Origin: Octopus sinensis
Taxonomy: Eukaryota
DNA: 64,000 nucleotides
Direction: 5' to 3'
Assembly (NCBI RefSeq): GCF_006345805.1
Contig: NC_043020.1
Coordinates: 20,708,001-20,772,000, forward strand
Shown: positions 49,518 through 62,409 of the stretch, piece after piece
Layout of the letters: each line of letters starts with the position of its first letter
Position numbering within the stretch: the first letter of the stretch is position 1
Position numbers and translations under genes: made by a program
Notes under the pieces: generated by a model
What the model was told of the DNA's origin: nothing
What the model saw: the letters and a program-made list of their open reading frames with translations, nothing else
Database searches by the model: none

Positions 49518-52351
49518 CAGTGCTTCCCAAACTTTTCACACCAAATTGCAATATTGCCCACCTATCAGCCAAAAAATGCACCATTGCCCACCTGTTTAAA
49601 AAAAACCTTGACACAACCTTCCCTAACACTAAATTCCCTTGGAGAAACCCACCTTGTAGCATTTGACACACACACTATATCGTAGACTTGTTACCTGGTT
49701 AGTTGTTTGGACTAAATATGCGGTTGTTCACAAATCCCTTATTGTAGGTTTAGTTTTGCTATTAGTGTGAATAAAATTCTAATGTTGACTCTATATTATG
49801 CAGACAGATTAACTTCGGTAAACTTGCGCTTCCTTTTACACTGATTTTTATTCTCTCCAAATGAACCATTGATCAGAACTACTGATACAAAAATAATTAA
49901 TGATTGTATTATAAAGGAAAAGAATAAAATGTTTTAATGAGAACCATGTGTCTGGTGCGATGCAGCTAGTGCAGATACGTTCGGTTTCAAACTTGTCAAC
50001 TTTAGCCACAAGTCTCCTTGTTGTGTCACATTCAGTCCAATTCTTTTATGGGAAAATAAAGTTCCAAATGGTTAAAGCCAAATTCAACCAGGTACGAGGT
50101 AGGGAAGGCAAGCAAAAGTAATTTCAGACGTTTCCACAGATTGGGGTAGGAATTCAATATACTTTGATGGTACCACAAACCTTCTTTGCCATAACAGCAA
50201 TATCGCAATGTGGCGTCATTGTCATTTTGTAATTCTATCAATTCCTCATGAGCTTCATCCTTGTAATCAACTGCATCAACCTCAAACAGATTGCTATACC
50301 AATTTGGAATATTCGGTAAGACCACTTCCTAGACCCATTTCACTTGAAGAAACATCTCAGGTTTTAGTCTTCAGGTTTTAGTCTTCAATGATTGGAAGAT
50401 ACAGAAATTTTTCATCTCTCCTATAGCGTGAAATTTCCCACTAGATACTAACTGTTCATTGCTTGGCACACCAGCAGCATTTAGTGGCAAAAAATATGAA
50501 CAGTAGATTAAATTATGCGTACAGTTAGTTATCAAGACTGTGAACAAATTGAAATCCAGTCATTTGTCTGATCAAATTTTCCATCAACTCTGTCTGAGAA
50601 ATGATGAGGACCATATTAAACTTTTTATACTATACCGAAGTGCGGTGGCTGTTAAAAGGAAACTGTGTTTTACGCTTTGTTGAACTGTTTCATATAATCT
50701 TATCTTTCTTTGAAGCTACTCCACAATCTACTTCATTGATGGCTGCAAGGTGCGATATCTTTTTCATTTGTGATATATTCACAAAATTAAATGGTTTGAA
50801 TAAGTTATTGTAAGGAAACAGAAAAACTATCATCAGACGCACAGGCAAGAATATTACTGAGTGGGATATTATTTTCAAAAAGGAAAGACTTGAGAGTGTG
50901 AAATAGTTGTACCTTTTGAATCAAGCAGCAATTTCTCTGTGAACAGCATTTCCTCACAAGGTTGAAGGTCTTCGCTGAAATACCAAACATATACCATCCT
51001 CAAACATTGATTGTCCACAACAGTTGACTCATTCACTAGTATAGAAAAATTCAGAACACTGGAGAATATTAATGAGCTGATGTTTGACATCGTTGGTCAT
51101 TTTTAACGATGCGTTGAGAAATTGTGTTATTACTAAGTGGGATCTTCTTCATAATGTTATCAGGTTTTACGTGCATAATGATTGACAAAACCTCTTCGAT
51201 AACCAGGCAAAGTAATGTTTCTTCAATTGTGTGAGACTTCCCAGACTTAGCATCAAGTAATGCAATGTTGTATGATGCAATCAACCCGTCATTCTACTGT
51301 TTACTAGGTTTCTGGAGTAGCATGTTGAATGTTTGTTTGCTGTTTGAAAGAGGAGCTCAGTTGCAAAAAGTATGACAATGGCTTGTACGTCTTGTCAGAA
51401 TGCTTTGCATCAAAGTGATACTTCAAGCGTGATGGTTTCATTGCTTTGTTGGTCAATGTTTGATAGCAAAGAAGATACATTGGTAATTGACAATTCTGAG
51501 GAGAGGGAATAAATCTAAATGATAAATAATTACTACAGTATTGTTGACAAATTTTCTTGACTAGAGGCATCAGCAAAGTGAAAACAAATTTCTACGGATG
51601 GTGTCAGAAAGATAGTTTGGTATTCCCAAAGAGAAGAAGTTGATAGAGCAGAGTCAGGTGACACGTCTTTACTGGAGCAAATATGGATCTAGTCCGTTTG
51701 GCTGCCAGCATTTCAAAAATTAAAGTTTATCAAAAATTTTTTAATTTGGCACATTAATATACCTTTCCAAGCTAAATTGCAGGAGTTATTCAACTTTTTC
51801 TAGAAAAATGTTTTTAAAAAGTAATAGAGGTTTAAAGTTTGATCATTTTTCACCCAGTCAAGAAACACGATTTCAAAGCTGTCATTTTGTGCATGACTGC
51901 ATATTTTGTCAACATCCTGAAAATAAACCATCAAATTATGTATAACATATAACCCCTCATAACTTTTTTTTATTTTTTGGAGTTTTCAGAAAATTTTTGT
52001 GAAATTGTATTCTACACATGGGAATTCATAGGATTATGCAAAAAAAAAGGAGAACAAATTGTGGTGGGGTGTGATTTAAGGCCTAGGCCTACTTTGCTGT
52101 TATTTTTAGCACATATGACAACCACCTCAATGACTGTGACAAAAATATTCGATCAATAAACAAGTCCACTTGCAAATAGTCAAATCGATAAAAGTGCATC
52201 CTTATTCTAGACATGCCTAGATATAGGTAAATGAAGACTTGATTTCTAAAAATTCATTGTCACCCACAAAATCTCAAATTACCCACCGTTTTCTAGAAAT
52301 TTGCTGAATCGCCCACCTATAAGTTGAAATCACCCAATTTGGGAAGCTATG
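49518..52351 (-). mobile_element. hAT transposon, Buster/Charlie-type, decayed, with an internal inversion
   Basis: TSD CTCTAATG at 49510-49517 and 52352-52359 (TA at positions 4-5); TIR CAGTGCTTCCCAAA / catagcttcccaaa; transposase motifs MKPSRLKYHF, IPLSNNTISQRI, ACASD, TEVRWL, LLLAFPTSYLVEFGF. Confidence 0.92.
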
Positions 52352-53954
52352 CTCTAATGATTCTCCTAACCGTCTTCCAATCAAAATAATAAGGAAATGT
52401 AAAGTCACTACAAGAAATTGTTAGAGAAAGCTCTGTGGATGAAATAATTGATAAAAGAAAAACCATCTGTTAAGTATGGTGTTAGCTTACTGTAACTTAA
52501 TATATTCAATTCAATTTAAGGCGGCAAGCTGGCAGAATTGTTAGCACACTAAGCAAAATGCTTAGTAGAATTTCATCCATCTTCACATTCTGAGTTCAAA
52601 TTTCACTAAGGTCAACTTTACCTTTCATCCTTTCATCGATAAAATAAGTATCAGTTGAACACGGGTCAATGTAATCAATCTTCTACTATAGCATCAAGCT
52701 GACTAAAGTTTTGTAAGTGGATTTGGTAGACAGAAACTGAAAGCAGTCAGTTGTATATATATCAACATCATCATCATTGTTTAATATTTATCTTCCATGC
52801 TGGCATGGGTGGGATGGTTTGACAAGAGCCAGCCAGGCAGAGGCCTTTACCAGACTTCTGTAACTCTTTTGGCAGGATTTTTGCAGCTGGATGTCCTTCC
52901 TTACACCAACCACTCAGCAGAGTGGACTTAGTGCTTTTTACATGGCACAAGCAAAAGTGAAGTCAGTTTTGGCAAGGTTTTTACAGCTGGATGCCTTTCA
53001 AATACTAACCACATTACAGTGTGGACTGGGTGCTTTTAAGTGGTACCTGCATTGACAGGGTCACCAAGTACTTGCAAGACAATAAAAAGCTTTTTCAGAG
53101 AGGAGGGGGAATTGGAGGAGGTGATCTTATGTGTGTGTGTATAGTTATGTATGTAGGGGTCTTTGTGTCTGTGTTTCTCCCCCTACCATCACTTGAAAAC
53201 TGATGTTGGTGTGTTTATGTCCCTGTAACTTAGTGGTTTGGTAAAAGAGATTGATAAAATAAGTACTAGGCTTACAAGGAACAAGTCCTGGGGTCAATTT
53301 CTAAAAACCCTATAAGGTGGTGCTCCAGCATGGCTGCAGTCAAATAACAAACAAATAAAAGAATTTACTCACGTGTGTGTGTGTGTGTTTGGTTGTATGT
53401 TTATAGAAAGCAATAATTATTTTCTGGACTCAAGAGAAACCACCAAACTTGTTAGCCCATGAGAGTGATGTTCCACTTGCTATAAGTTCATAGCTTCAAA
53501 TTTCTTCCATCTCTACTTATTAACAACAATATCTAAGCATTTCCTGCCATACATGTTTATAGGTGCTCAGGTTCAAAGCTTGTAATGAGCTAACATGAAG
53601 ATGACTATGTTAATGTTCCAAAATTAACAGTAGAGATGATGCAGTGATTAATATATTATCATAAATTAATATATTTACCTCAATATCCTTTATATTAGGG
53701 TTATAATAGACATGCCAGAGCATGAAAGGAGTATGGGTAGGCACATGAGGGAGAATGGAGGGACTTGCAATAGGTGGTGATCATAGGTTGAGGAAAGGGA
53801 TGGGGGAAGGAAGATACAGATGTTGGGAAGAAAAGTTGTGGAGAAGTTTTGACAAGGGACAGGTTGTGTGTGTGTATGAAGGGCAGCATGGTTGTAAAGG
53901 ACATGCCTGTCTGTATGGCCATGATTTTACTTAGCTTGACAAGCACAGCAAATA

Positions 53955-54200
53955 ACCTGATGTCATAGTCCCTTGTCATCTCCCTGGTGAGGCTCAACAT
54001 CTGAAGATCATTTCTCACCCTTCATACTAGGTTTTCTCAGATTTACCTCCTCCCTCCCAATTAGAGATTGCACTTCTTTATGCAGCTGTCTTCATCCATA
54101 TGCATCACTTGACCATACCAGTGCAGTCTTCCCTCTTGCAAACTACATCTGATATCTCTTGTAGTGTGCAAGAGAGAAGACTGCACTGATATTGTCATGT
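53955..54200 (-). mobile_element. RTE 3' fragment
   Basis: Reverse complement of sequence at 29380-29610. Confidence 0.7.
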
Positions 54201-54419
54201 GATGCATACCATATGATAACGGAATTAATTAACCAGTCAAACATTTGACAATAATCCTACAAATCCAACATGCAGAATAAGATCTGACTTTTTTTACTAC
54301 TTATCCTAGTGTATGTAGGAATACATATGAGGACATACCCAAAAGTAACCAGAAAAATTCTCTGTGAAACAAATCCATTGTAGTTCAGGCTTTTGCTGCT
54401 AGAAAAAAGTCTTGCATAC

Positions 54420-55150
54420 TTTTGAGAAAATCCTTGCATACTTTTACTGTTTCACTTACAGATTGTATTTGTAATGTGCAAGTTAGTTGGTTGATTTCTT
54501 TTTTCTGAGAATCCAAGATTATCCAGATTGTTACTTAGGCATTTACTCACAAAACTATGTGCACCAATTATTATTGATATAAATGTAAATTTGTAATCTG
54601 GATATAGAAGCTGGAGGTTTTGAAGCAGTTATCTATAGTTATTCTCTTTCTCTTTGATTTTCAAAGAGATATTCATATCAGTAAGACGGCCGATCTCTAT
54701 GACATTACATACTTTCTCTTGTCCGTCCCAAACAACAATATCTGGTCTGTTATGCTTACCCTTGACAAATGTTTTGATGGGAATGTTCCACCAGTACTCC
54801 TAGTGTTGATGTTGGAATATGTATTCAGTAACAGGTGTATTCTTTATATTTATCCCAGGACAGTCTTTTTTCAGGTTGGCATTGTATATTGTTTTTGTGA
54901 TAAAATCATGTCACAAAGGGAGGTAGTACTTTGATGACATTTTTGGGCAGCTGCTAATTACATGTGTGATGTCTTCTGCAAAAATGACATAATCTACATT
55001 TGTGGTTGCATCTTGGAGCCCCAAAGGCTTCACAATCTTTTTTGTTCATTAGATATTTAATAGTAATCTTCTGTTCTTGGATTCCCATTGCGTATCCTTT
55101 GAAGTGTGATATAATGTAGCAGTTACATGTCCAAGAGAGGCTTTACTTCA
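54420..55150 (-). mobile_element. R2-superfamily (R4-like) non-LTR element C-terminal fragment: CCHC knuckle + restriction-like endonuclease
   Basis: Manual minus-strand translation: KCRLCH..EDITHVISSCP...HD and WWNIPIKT...KHNRPDIVVWDGQEKVCNVIEIG..DMNISLKIKEKENNY...IIIGA. Confidence 0.82.
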
Positions 55151-56849
55151 TGTCAATATTACTGTCTTCTTTATTCTGTCAAGGTCGACTTTGCCTTTCA
55201 TCCTTTTAGGGTTGATAAAATAAGTATCAGTTGAACACTGAGGTCAATTTAAATGACTTGTCTCTTCCCCTGAAATTGTTGATCTTGAGCCAAAATTTCA
55301 GATCAGTATTACTGTCTTCTTCATGTCTTTGGGGAAATTATTCAAGCATGTCTTGTTTTTTATTTTATTTTTATTTTTGGTATGCTGAGCATTTCACATC
55401 TAGGTCTTCTTTGAGGTATGATAGTCCAGCTGTTTTGGGACTGTATGGAAGAGAGTGCTTTCCTGAGGCCCTCCCTGCCAACACATGAGATACTGTCATG
55501 TATGTATGTATGTATGTATGTATGTATGTATGTATGTATGTATGTATGTATGTATGTATGCTTGCATGCATGCATGCATGCAAGCAAGCAAGCATACATG
55601 CATGTATATATGTTTGTATCACCTTGTCTTGACATTGCATGATAGTTGTAAATCAGTGTTACTGTCATACAAATAGTGTCATTCATTCACAATATTCTGT
55701 GAGAACATGTCTGGCTATGGGGAAAATATTACTTTGCTTAGAAACAGGTGAGGGTTAGTGACAGGAAGAGCATCAGGCTATAGAAAATCTGCTTCAATAA
55801 ATTCTGCCCACCTGATGCAAACATGAAAAAGTGGACATTAAAATAATGATAACAATGATACACAATGGAGTCCTTTCTGTTTACATCTGTTAAATCAACT
55901 AACAAGGCTTCAGTCTTCCAAGGGCTATTGTAGAAGATACCTACACCCTATATATCATCATCATCGTCATCATTGTTTAAAGTCTGTTCTCCATACTGAT
56001 ATGGATTGGACAATTTGACAGGAACTGGCGAGCCTGGGAGCTGTCCAGACTCCAATTGTCTGTTGTGGCATGATTTCTATGGTTGGATGCTCTTCCTAAT
56101 GCCAACCACTTTACAAAATGTGCTGGGTGCTGTTTATGTGCCATCAGGGGCCATCTGGACTCCTGCCCTTCACTGTGAACAGGAATTAATCTTCTCTCTT
56201 TGCTCCTTTACACCACATGGACTCTCCTCCCCTCTTCATCTGACTTCCCTCCTCTCCTCTCTTCATCTGACACCTACTTCCTTTCTTCATTCCTATCCAC
56301 CTCTCCTCTCCTCTCTTGCCCTGACACCTACTTCCTCTCTTCATTGATACCCCCTCCATCCACCCCACCCCACACATCCTACTGCCACACACCCCACCCC
56401 TACCCCACATGCTCACCCCACCCATATGCTCACCCAAAACCCAAACCCCACCCTCACATTCCCACACCACATCACACCGCTCTGCACACACTAGCACTGA
56501 CCCTTCCCAGCAGCCACACCATCATCCACACACCCACACATTACAGACACACACACACTCATGTATGCACATGTATGTGCCCCTTCATTTTGGGATCACC
56601 AGCACTTTATTATCTCCCCTTCTTCCTAACTCTCCTATCTAACTACCTTTGCCCAACTAGTCAACATGATTGACCGCTAACTCCAAATTTTTTTTATTCT
56701 CTCTCTGTTTATTTCCTCATGTTCCTTTCTGTTAAAGAGTGTAGGCTCAAAATGTAAGATTTTCTCACCTTGTTGAGCATCAAACTAATACACCTGTTTG
56801 TTGTTTATACACCTGTCTTCATCTTTTGTTTTTCTGTAAATTTCAACTA

Positions 56850-57010
<161 letters not shown>

Positions 57011-57163
57011 TGTCATTCCTTTTGAAGATTGCTCTTAAATGTGGATTTGGTCATACTTCTAACGTGTAAAAACTGCCTGTTGAAGGCAGTTTTCTCTTGT
57101 GTTTAAATGTACACTATTATATATATATATATATAATATATATATATTATATATATATAATAT

Positions 57164-57261
<98 letters not shown>

Positions 57262-57297
57262 TATATATATATAAATATATATATATATATTATATAT

Positions 57298-57375
<78 letters not shown>

Positions 57376-57479
57376 GTGTACATTTAAACACAAGAGAAAA
57401 CTGCCTTCAACAGGCAGTTTTTACACGTTAGAAGTATGACCAAAGCCACATTTAAGAGCAATCTTCAAAAGGAATGACA
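57011..57479. repeat. Large inverted repeat: 109-bp arms around a ~250-bp imperfect (TA)n spacer
   Basis: 57011-57119 is the reverse complement of 57371-57479 with one mismatch. Confidence 0.92.
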
Positions 57480-57487
57480 AATAAAAA

Positions 57488-57662
57488 CTTTTATCTTGTT
57501 TACATTATTTGCATTCGACGAATATTTGTCCTCATCTTGTTTGTTGTTAACAAAACGTTTCGGCTGATATATCCTCCAGCCTTCTTCAAGATGAGGACAA
57601 ATATCCATCGAATGTAAATAATGTAAATAATGTACATAATTCCTCATCTCTTAAATATAGAA
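57488..57662 (-). mobile_element. Non-autonomous hairpin element with minimal hammerhead (copy 2, internally deleted)
   Basis: Minus strand: ...cctcatcTTGAAGA A GGCTG..CAGCC GAAACGTT ttgttaacaacaaacaagatgaggacaaatattcgtcgaatg; homologous to 20248-20445. Confidence 0.78.
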
Positions 57663-57687
57663 CTGTTTTACCTTGTTATTTTAATCC

Positions 57688-57758
57688 GGTCAGACCTAGG
57701 TTTCAAAATTTTTTTTGTAAATAAAATAATTCGCTAGGCGAATTTCTCATCAGTGACC
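57688..57758 (-). ncRNA. Type I minimal hammerhead ribozyme, all core nucleotides present
   Basis: Minus strand GGUCA CUGAUGA GAAAUU...AAUUUU GAAA CCUAG GUC UGACC: perfect 5-bp helix I, palindrome ACCTAGGT, GUC cleavage triplet. Confidence 0.75.
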
Positions 57759-59076
57759 ACGCCATAACACTAACATATAATTAAGAGATGAATAACACAG
57801 GTATCATCATTATACATTATAATTTTTCAAATTCACTGTGCAAGTGCACTTTCAGTCAGCAGTAAATGAATAAATGCTGAATTAATCTTTTTTAAAAATT
57901 GCTAAATATACGTAAAATATAGGTAGTGTGTTTTTTTAGAAATTTCATTACCAGTGGCCTAGCATGCATAGTGAAATTTCTAAAAAAACTCACTACCCTA
58001 TATTTTATGTATATATATATATTTACAGACACATATATGCACGCATGGCTGTGTGCTAAAAAGTTTGCTTCCCAGCCTTCAGGCTCCAGGTTCAGTTCCA
58101 CTACTTCATATAACTGCCATCTGATTCATTCAAGTGTGGAAGAGTGTATGTTAAATGATAATGATGATGAGGATGTATTTTGTTTTCTTCTAATGTGTAT
58201 AAAATGACTGATATGGTCCAATTTTGCTGCAGGCAGGAATGTTTTTATTCTAAGGGAAATGATTAAGGTTTTGCAAATTTATACTGACTCTTTAAATGTT
58301 TACACTGGTGAGTTAAGTCTATTTTAGATAAGGGTGGAGTGTGAATATTATTTTTATTTGAAAGCCTTGTTAAATGTATATGTAATCTAAGAAGTACACA
58401 TTGAAGAGAATTTTATGAAATATACAGGAAAATGTAATTGAATTTATAGCAGAAAAAGAAATTGTAAATATTGAAGGTATAAAAAAAATGTAAACTTGTT
58501 TTTATAGATATTTCAGTGACCTTTGAAGAAGATTAAAGTTTAAAATAATATCAACTAATTAATATTTTTTAATATATAAAACTCAGACTTCTTCTAGGAG
58601 GCCACATTTAAGGGTTTCAGGTGTCACATTTTTTCAACCCCTTTCCTGGATCATGCATACAAACATATGTACATACCTACAGACAGACTTATAGACACAT
58701 ATATGAGCTTGATAAGTACTATGCACAAAATTCTCAGTCCTTGAGTCACTTTTATAACTTAGTATTGTATTGAAAAATACAATACTACAAAATATATCAT
58801 CATTATCATCATCATCACCATCATTTTAATGTCCTATTTTCTATACTTGCATGGGTGGGACAGAGTTTATTGAGGCAGATTTTCTATGGCCAGGTGCCCT
58901 TCCTGTTGCCAACCCTTACCTGTTTCCAAGCAAGGTGATTTTTTCCCCATGACCAGACATGTTTTCATGGAATATTGGAAATAAAAGGCACAGCTTGTGT
59001 GACAGTAACAAGCATTTCCAATCACACAATGCTATGTCAAGGACAGATGGGACACACACAACACACACACACACAC

Positions 59077-59115
<39 letters not shown>

Positions 59116-59130
59116 CACACAACACACACA

Positions 59131-59161
<31 letters not shown>

Positions 59162-60609
59162 CACGTATGTATGTATATGATGATGGCAGTTTTTTCTGTC
59201 CAAAGATCATAAGGAAGAGTAGCAAGCTCTTGTCTGAAAGAGAAGGAATTACAGCAGTGTTGAGGTATCATATTTATACTCCACCACCACCTCTTTCCAT
59301 CTATATGAATGAATGGTTTGTGTCTGTTGTTTCTGATTATTCAGGCATCATTGAAAGGTGTTTCCTAAATCTCTGCCCTTGGAGGCAGTGAAAGTTTGTT
59401 AACTTGTAAGTTGCATGATGTGGACTTTTGTTTGTGAGGATAAAAGTTTACAGTGGGAGGAGTGAAGAGTAATGTTTGTTACATCTGAGTTTTGAGTTGT
59501 TCAAAAGAAATAGGTTGATCATTAATGTGAAGGACTTGAAAAAGACCTTGCGGTACACCAGCATTGGTAGAGTGTGAGGTGTTTCATTGACTGAACCACC
59601 TGTTCACTGAATTTGTATGCAAAGTGGCTGAGTATTCCACAGACACATGTTCTTTCAATGTAAACTTTAGGCAGGATCAGTGGGCCACTGTGTGTGATAA
59701 ATTTTCATTTTCAATTAGTACAGTTTCCATCTACCCATTTTCACTCACAAGTCTTAGATGATCTGGGACCATGAAAAATTATAGACTTACCCAAGATGTC
59801 ATGCAGTGGAATCAAACTCGGTACCTAGTGATTGTTGAATTAATTTTTTAACAAGTCAACCATGCTGCATTTATTGTTATGAAATAGTCTAACTGCATTA
59901 AAACTTTTAATGCAGAATGTAAGTTTATAGGTAGATTAAAAAGTTGTCTTAAAAGGCTTGGTTGAAGACATACCTTCCACCTAAGTTAGCAGGAGAGACC
60001 ACTGGAGTCTAACAGAGCAAAAAAAAAAAAAAAACAAGTGCTACTTTTGTTAAAAATACATCATCACACTACATACCCAGCTCAACACCAACACCACCAG
60101 CAACAACCTTATCAACATCATTGATACCACTGCCACTGCCAACAACACTGAAACCATGGTGACAACCATCACTACCACTATCATCACCAACATCACCAAA
60201 ATCATCACCACTCTACTACCACAAACCTCACTCCATGAGGCAGCCATTAAGCAATCACTTGACCTACTAGAAATGGCAACTAAATCTCCCTCACATTGCA
60301 TTTTAATGTAGTGGTTTTGAGTCTTTTCACTACCAAGAATTTTTATTTGAATGAATTTCCCCTACAGGCTCTGTGATTTTAAAAGATTTGTCAGCCCAGT
60401 GAATTTTGGACTCAATATACTGACTTCAGTATCATCTTTTTAGTATCTCAAGGGGTCCACAGACTTCAGGGTTGAGAATCACTGTTTCACTGTCATAAAA
60501 ACAGGAAACATGACTATTCTGAATAATGTAGTCCTGGATACATTATAGCTTAAGAAAGAGGAGAGTCATGGCTGGAATGCCTTCGATTGTAAATTTTTCT
60601 CAAATGGAA

Positions 60610-60790
60610 CTGACCAACAAAAGCAACATCTGGCCACCACCACCACCACCACCACCACCACCAGCAACAGCAACAACAACAACAACATTCTCCAGCTCGC
60701 CAATACCACCACCACCACCACCACCACCACCACCACCATCTCTATCCGCTGCAGCTACTGTCACCACTACTGCCATAGTCACCATCACCA
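60610..60790. repeat. (CCA)n/(CAA)n trinucleotide mosaic
   Basis: Direct inspection; explains the poly-P and poly-G ORFs. Confidence 0.85.
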
Positions 60791-62077
60791 TGCTGATCCT
60801 CGGCATTCTATCTCTCATCACCAACTCACCCATCTAGAACATGCTACCACTCCCACCTACTTTATAACTGCAACTGCAAATGATGCATAGTTAGCAGGGA
60901 ATGCTTGTATGCAACTCACAATGACATGCAGACAGGCAGAAGAAACCAAAGTATATGCACATCTACTGGCTGCAATCATAGACCATAGCATGTATGTGTG
61001 TATGCATTTATGTACATGTATATGTGTGTGCATGTATTTGCATACATGTGTATGTGAGTGTAAGATGTGTGGAGGTGTATGTGTGGGTGAGTGGTTTATG
61101 TATGTCTGAGAAAATATGTGTGTGTGTGCAAGAGTGTGTTAAGTGTGTGTATGAGTATGTGTAAGTGTGTGTAATGATGATATCTGAAAACATGAGTGAG
61201 TGTGAGTGTTAAGCATGCATATATGAGTGTTTATGTGTGAGTGTGAGTAAGGGTGGATGTTTCTGAGGCGTGTGAATATGTATATGTTGACATTTCAACA
61301 TTGCAAAACCCATTTCCAACCTTAGACAGCACCACACATGTATACACATAATCATACACATGCGTGCATACTTGCACTGCAATACAAAATGCAGCTGCAT
61401 ATGCAAAATCATCATCATCAATGTCATGATCAGCAGAAGAATACCTAGCTACTGCAACACAACAGTGACAGTTGTGGTGACAACTGCAGGGAATGCAGTG
61501 AACAGCCGACAACAAGGGCCACAAATAACTGCATGTTGCTAGCAGCACTGCATGCTGCATATAAGGCCTGCACAGTGCACACTGCAGTTACTGCAGTGTG
61601 ACAAATAGTATAGTGATTTATTTAATAGAGGCAGCCAGCAGGAGGTTGGTTTAAGAAAAAAAATGTCTGTTCAGAAAGACATCATGTACTGACATGTGTG
61701 TGGGCATGGGTATATATGTGTGTGTATCTGTGTGTGTGTGTGTATACATACAAAGGTACATATATTTATATATAACAATAAATGTATGTATATTAATATT
61801 TGTTTGTATGTTATAATAAAAGCAATTTTACATTAAACAGAATGATTACTCAATACGTTTGGTTCAGTACCCATTTATTCCACTTTAACAAGAATAGTAT
61901 TGACAGAGACATCAAAGTTTTGAGATGCTATACCATCATCAGACTGAGGTACATTTGATTGCATCTTAGATTTATCTGGTGTCTGTTAAGTTAAAAATTT
62001 TCTAGTTCTATTGAATGACAATTAGGTTGTGTAATAAGTTGTGATAGCAATGGAGAATATATATGTGTGTGTGTGTG

Positions 62078-62340
62078 AAGGCACATGGCTCAGTGGTTAA
62101 AGTGTTGCATTTACGATTACAAGATCATGGGTTCGATTCCTAGGCCGGGCTTGCATTGTGTTCTTGAGCAAAGCACTTCATTTCACATTACTCTGTGATC
62201 ACTTCAGCATCTGACATGTAGCACCCTGTTGCACCTGTACAGGTAATGTCGATTTGATGGAGGGAATGAGCTTATGTCTACAGAAATATTTGATCAATAT
62301 AAACAAATCATCTGCATGGATGTTCTGTAAGAAACTTCAT
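62078..62340 (+). mobile_element. tRNA-derived SINE (further family)
   Basis: Head ggcacatggctcagtggttaaagtg...gggttcgattcc with A/B-box-like motifs, followed by a non-tRNA body. Confidence 0.65.
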
Positions 62341-62409
62341 ACATCATCTAACGATGGGAGAGTCCATCATATTTATATATAGTTTTTGAAGTGATATATG
62401 AATATTGTA

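Noticed and set aside
57388-57432. Hairpin in the palindrome arms resembling hammerhead stem II (CACAAGA...ACACGTT)
   Set aside because: At least four core mismatches and no helix I.
60568-60837. Proline-rich (formin-like) ORF
   Set aside because: Encoded by (CCA)n/(CAA)n repeats with no flanking domain or splice support.
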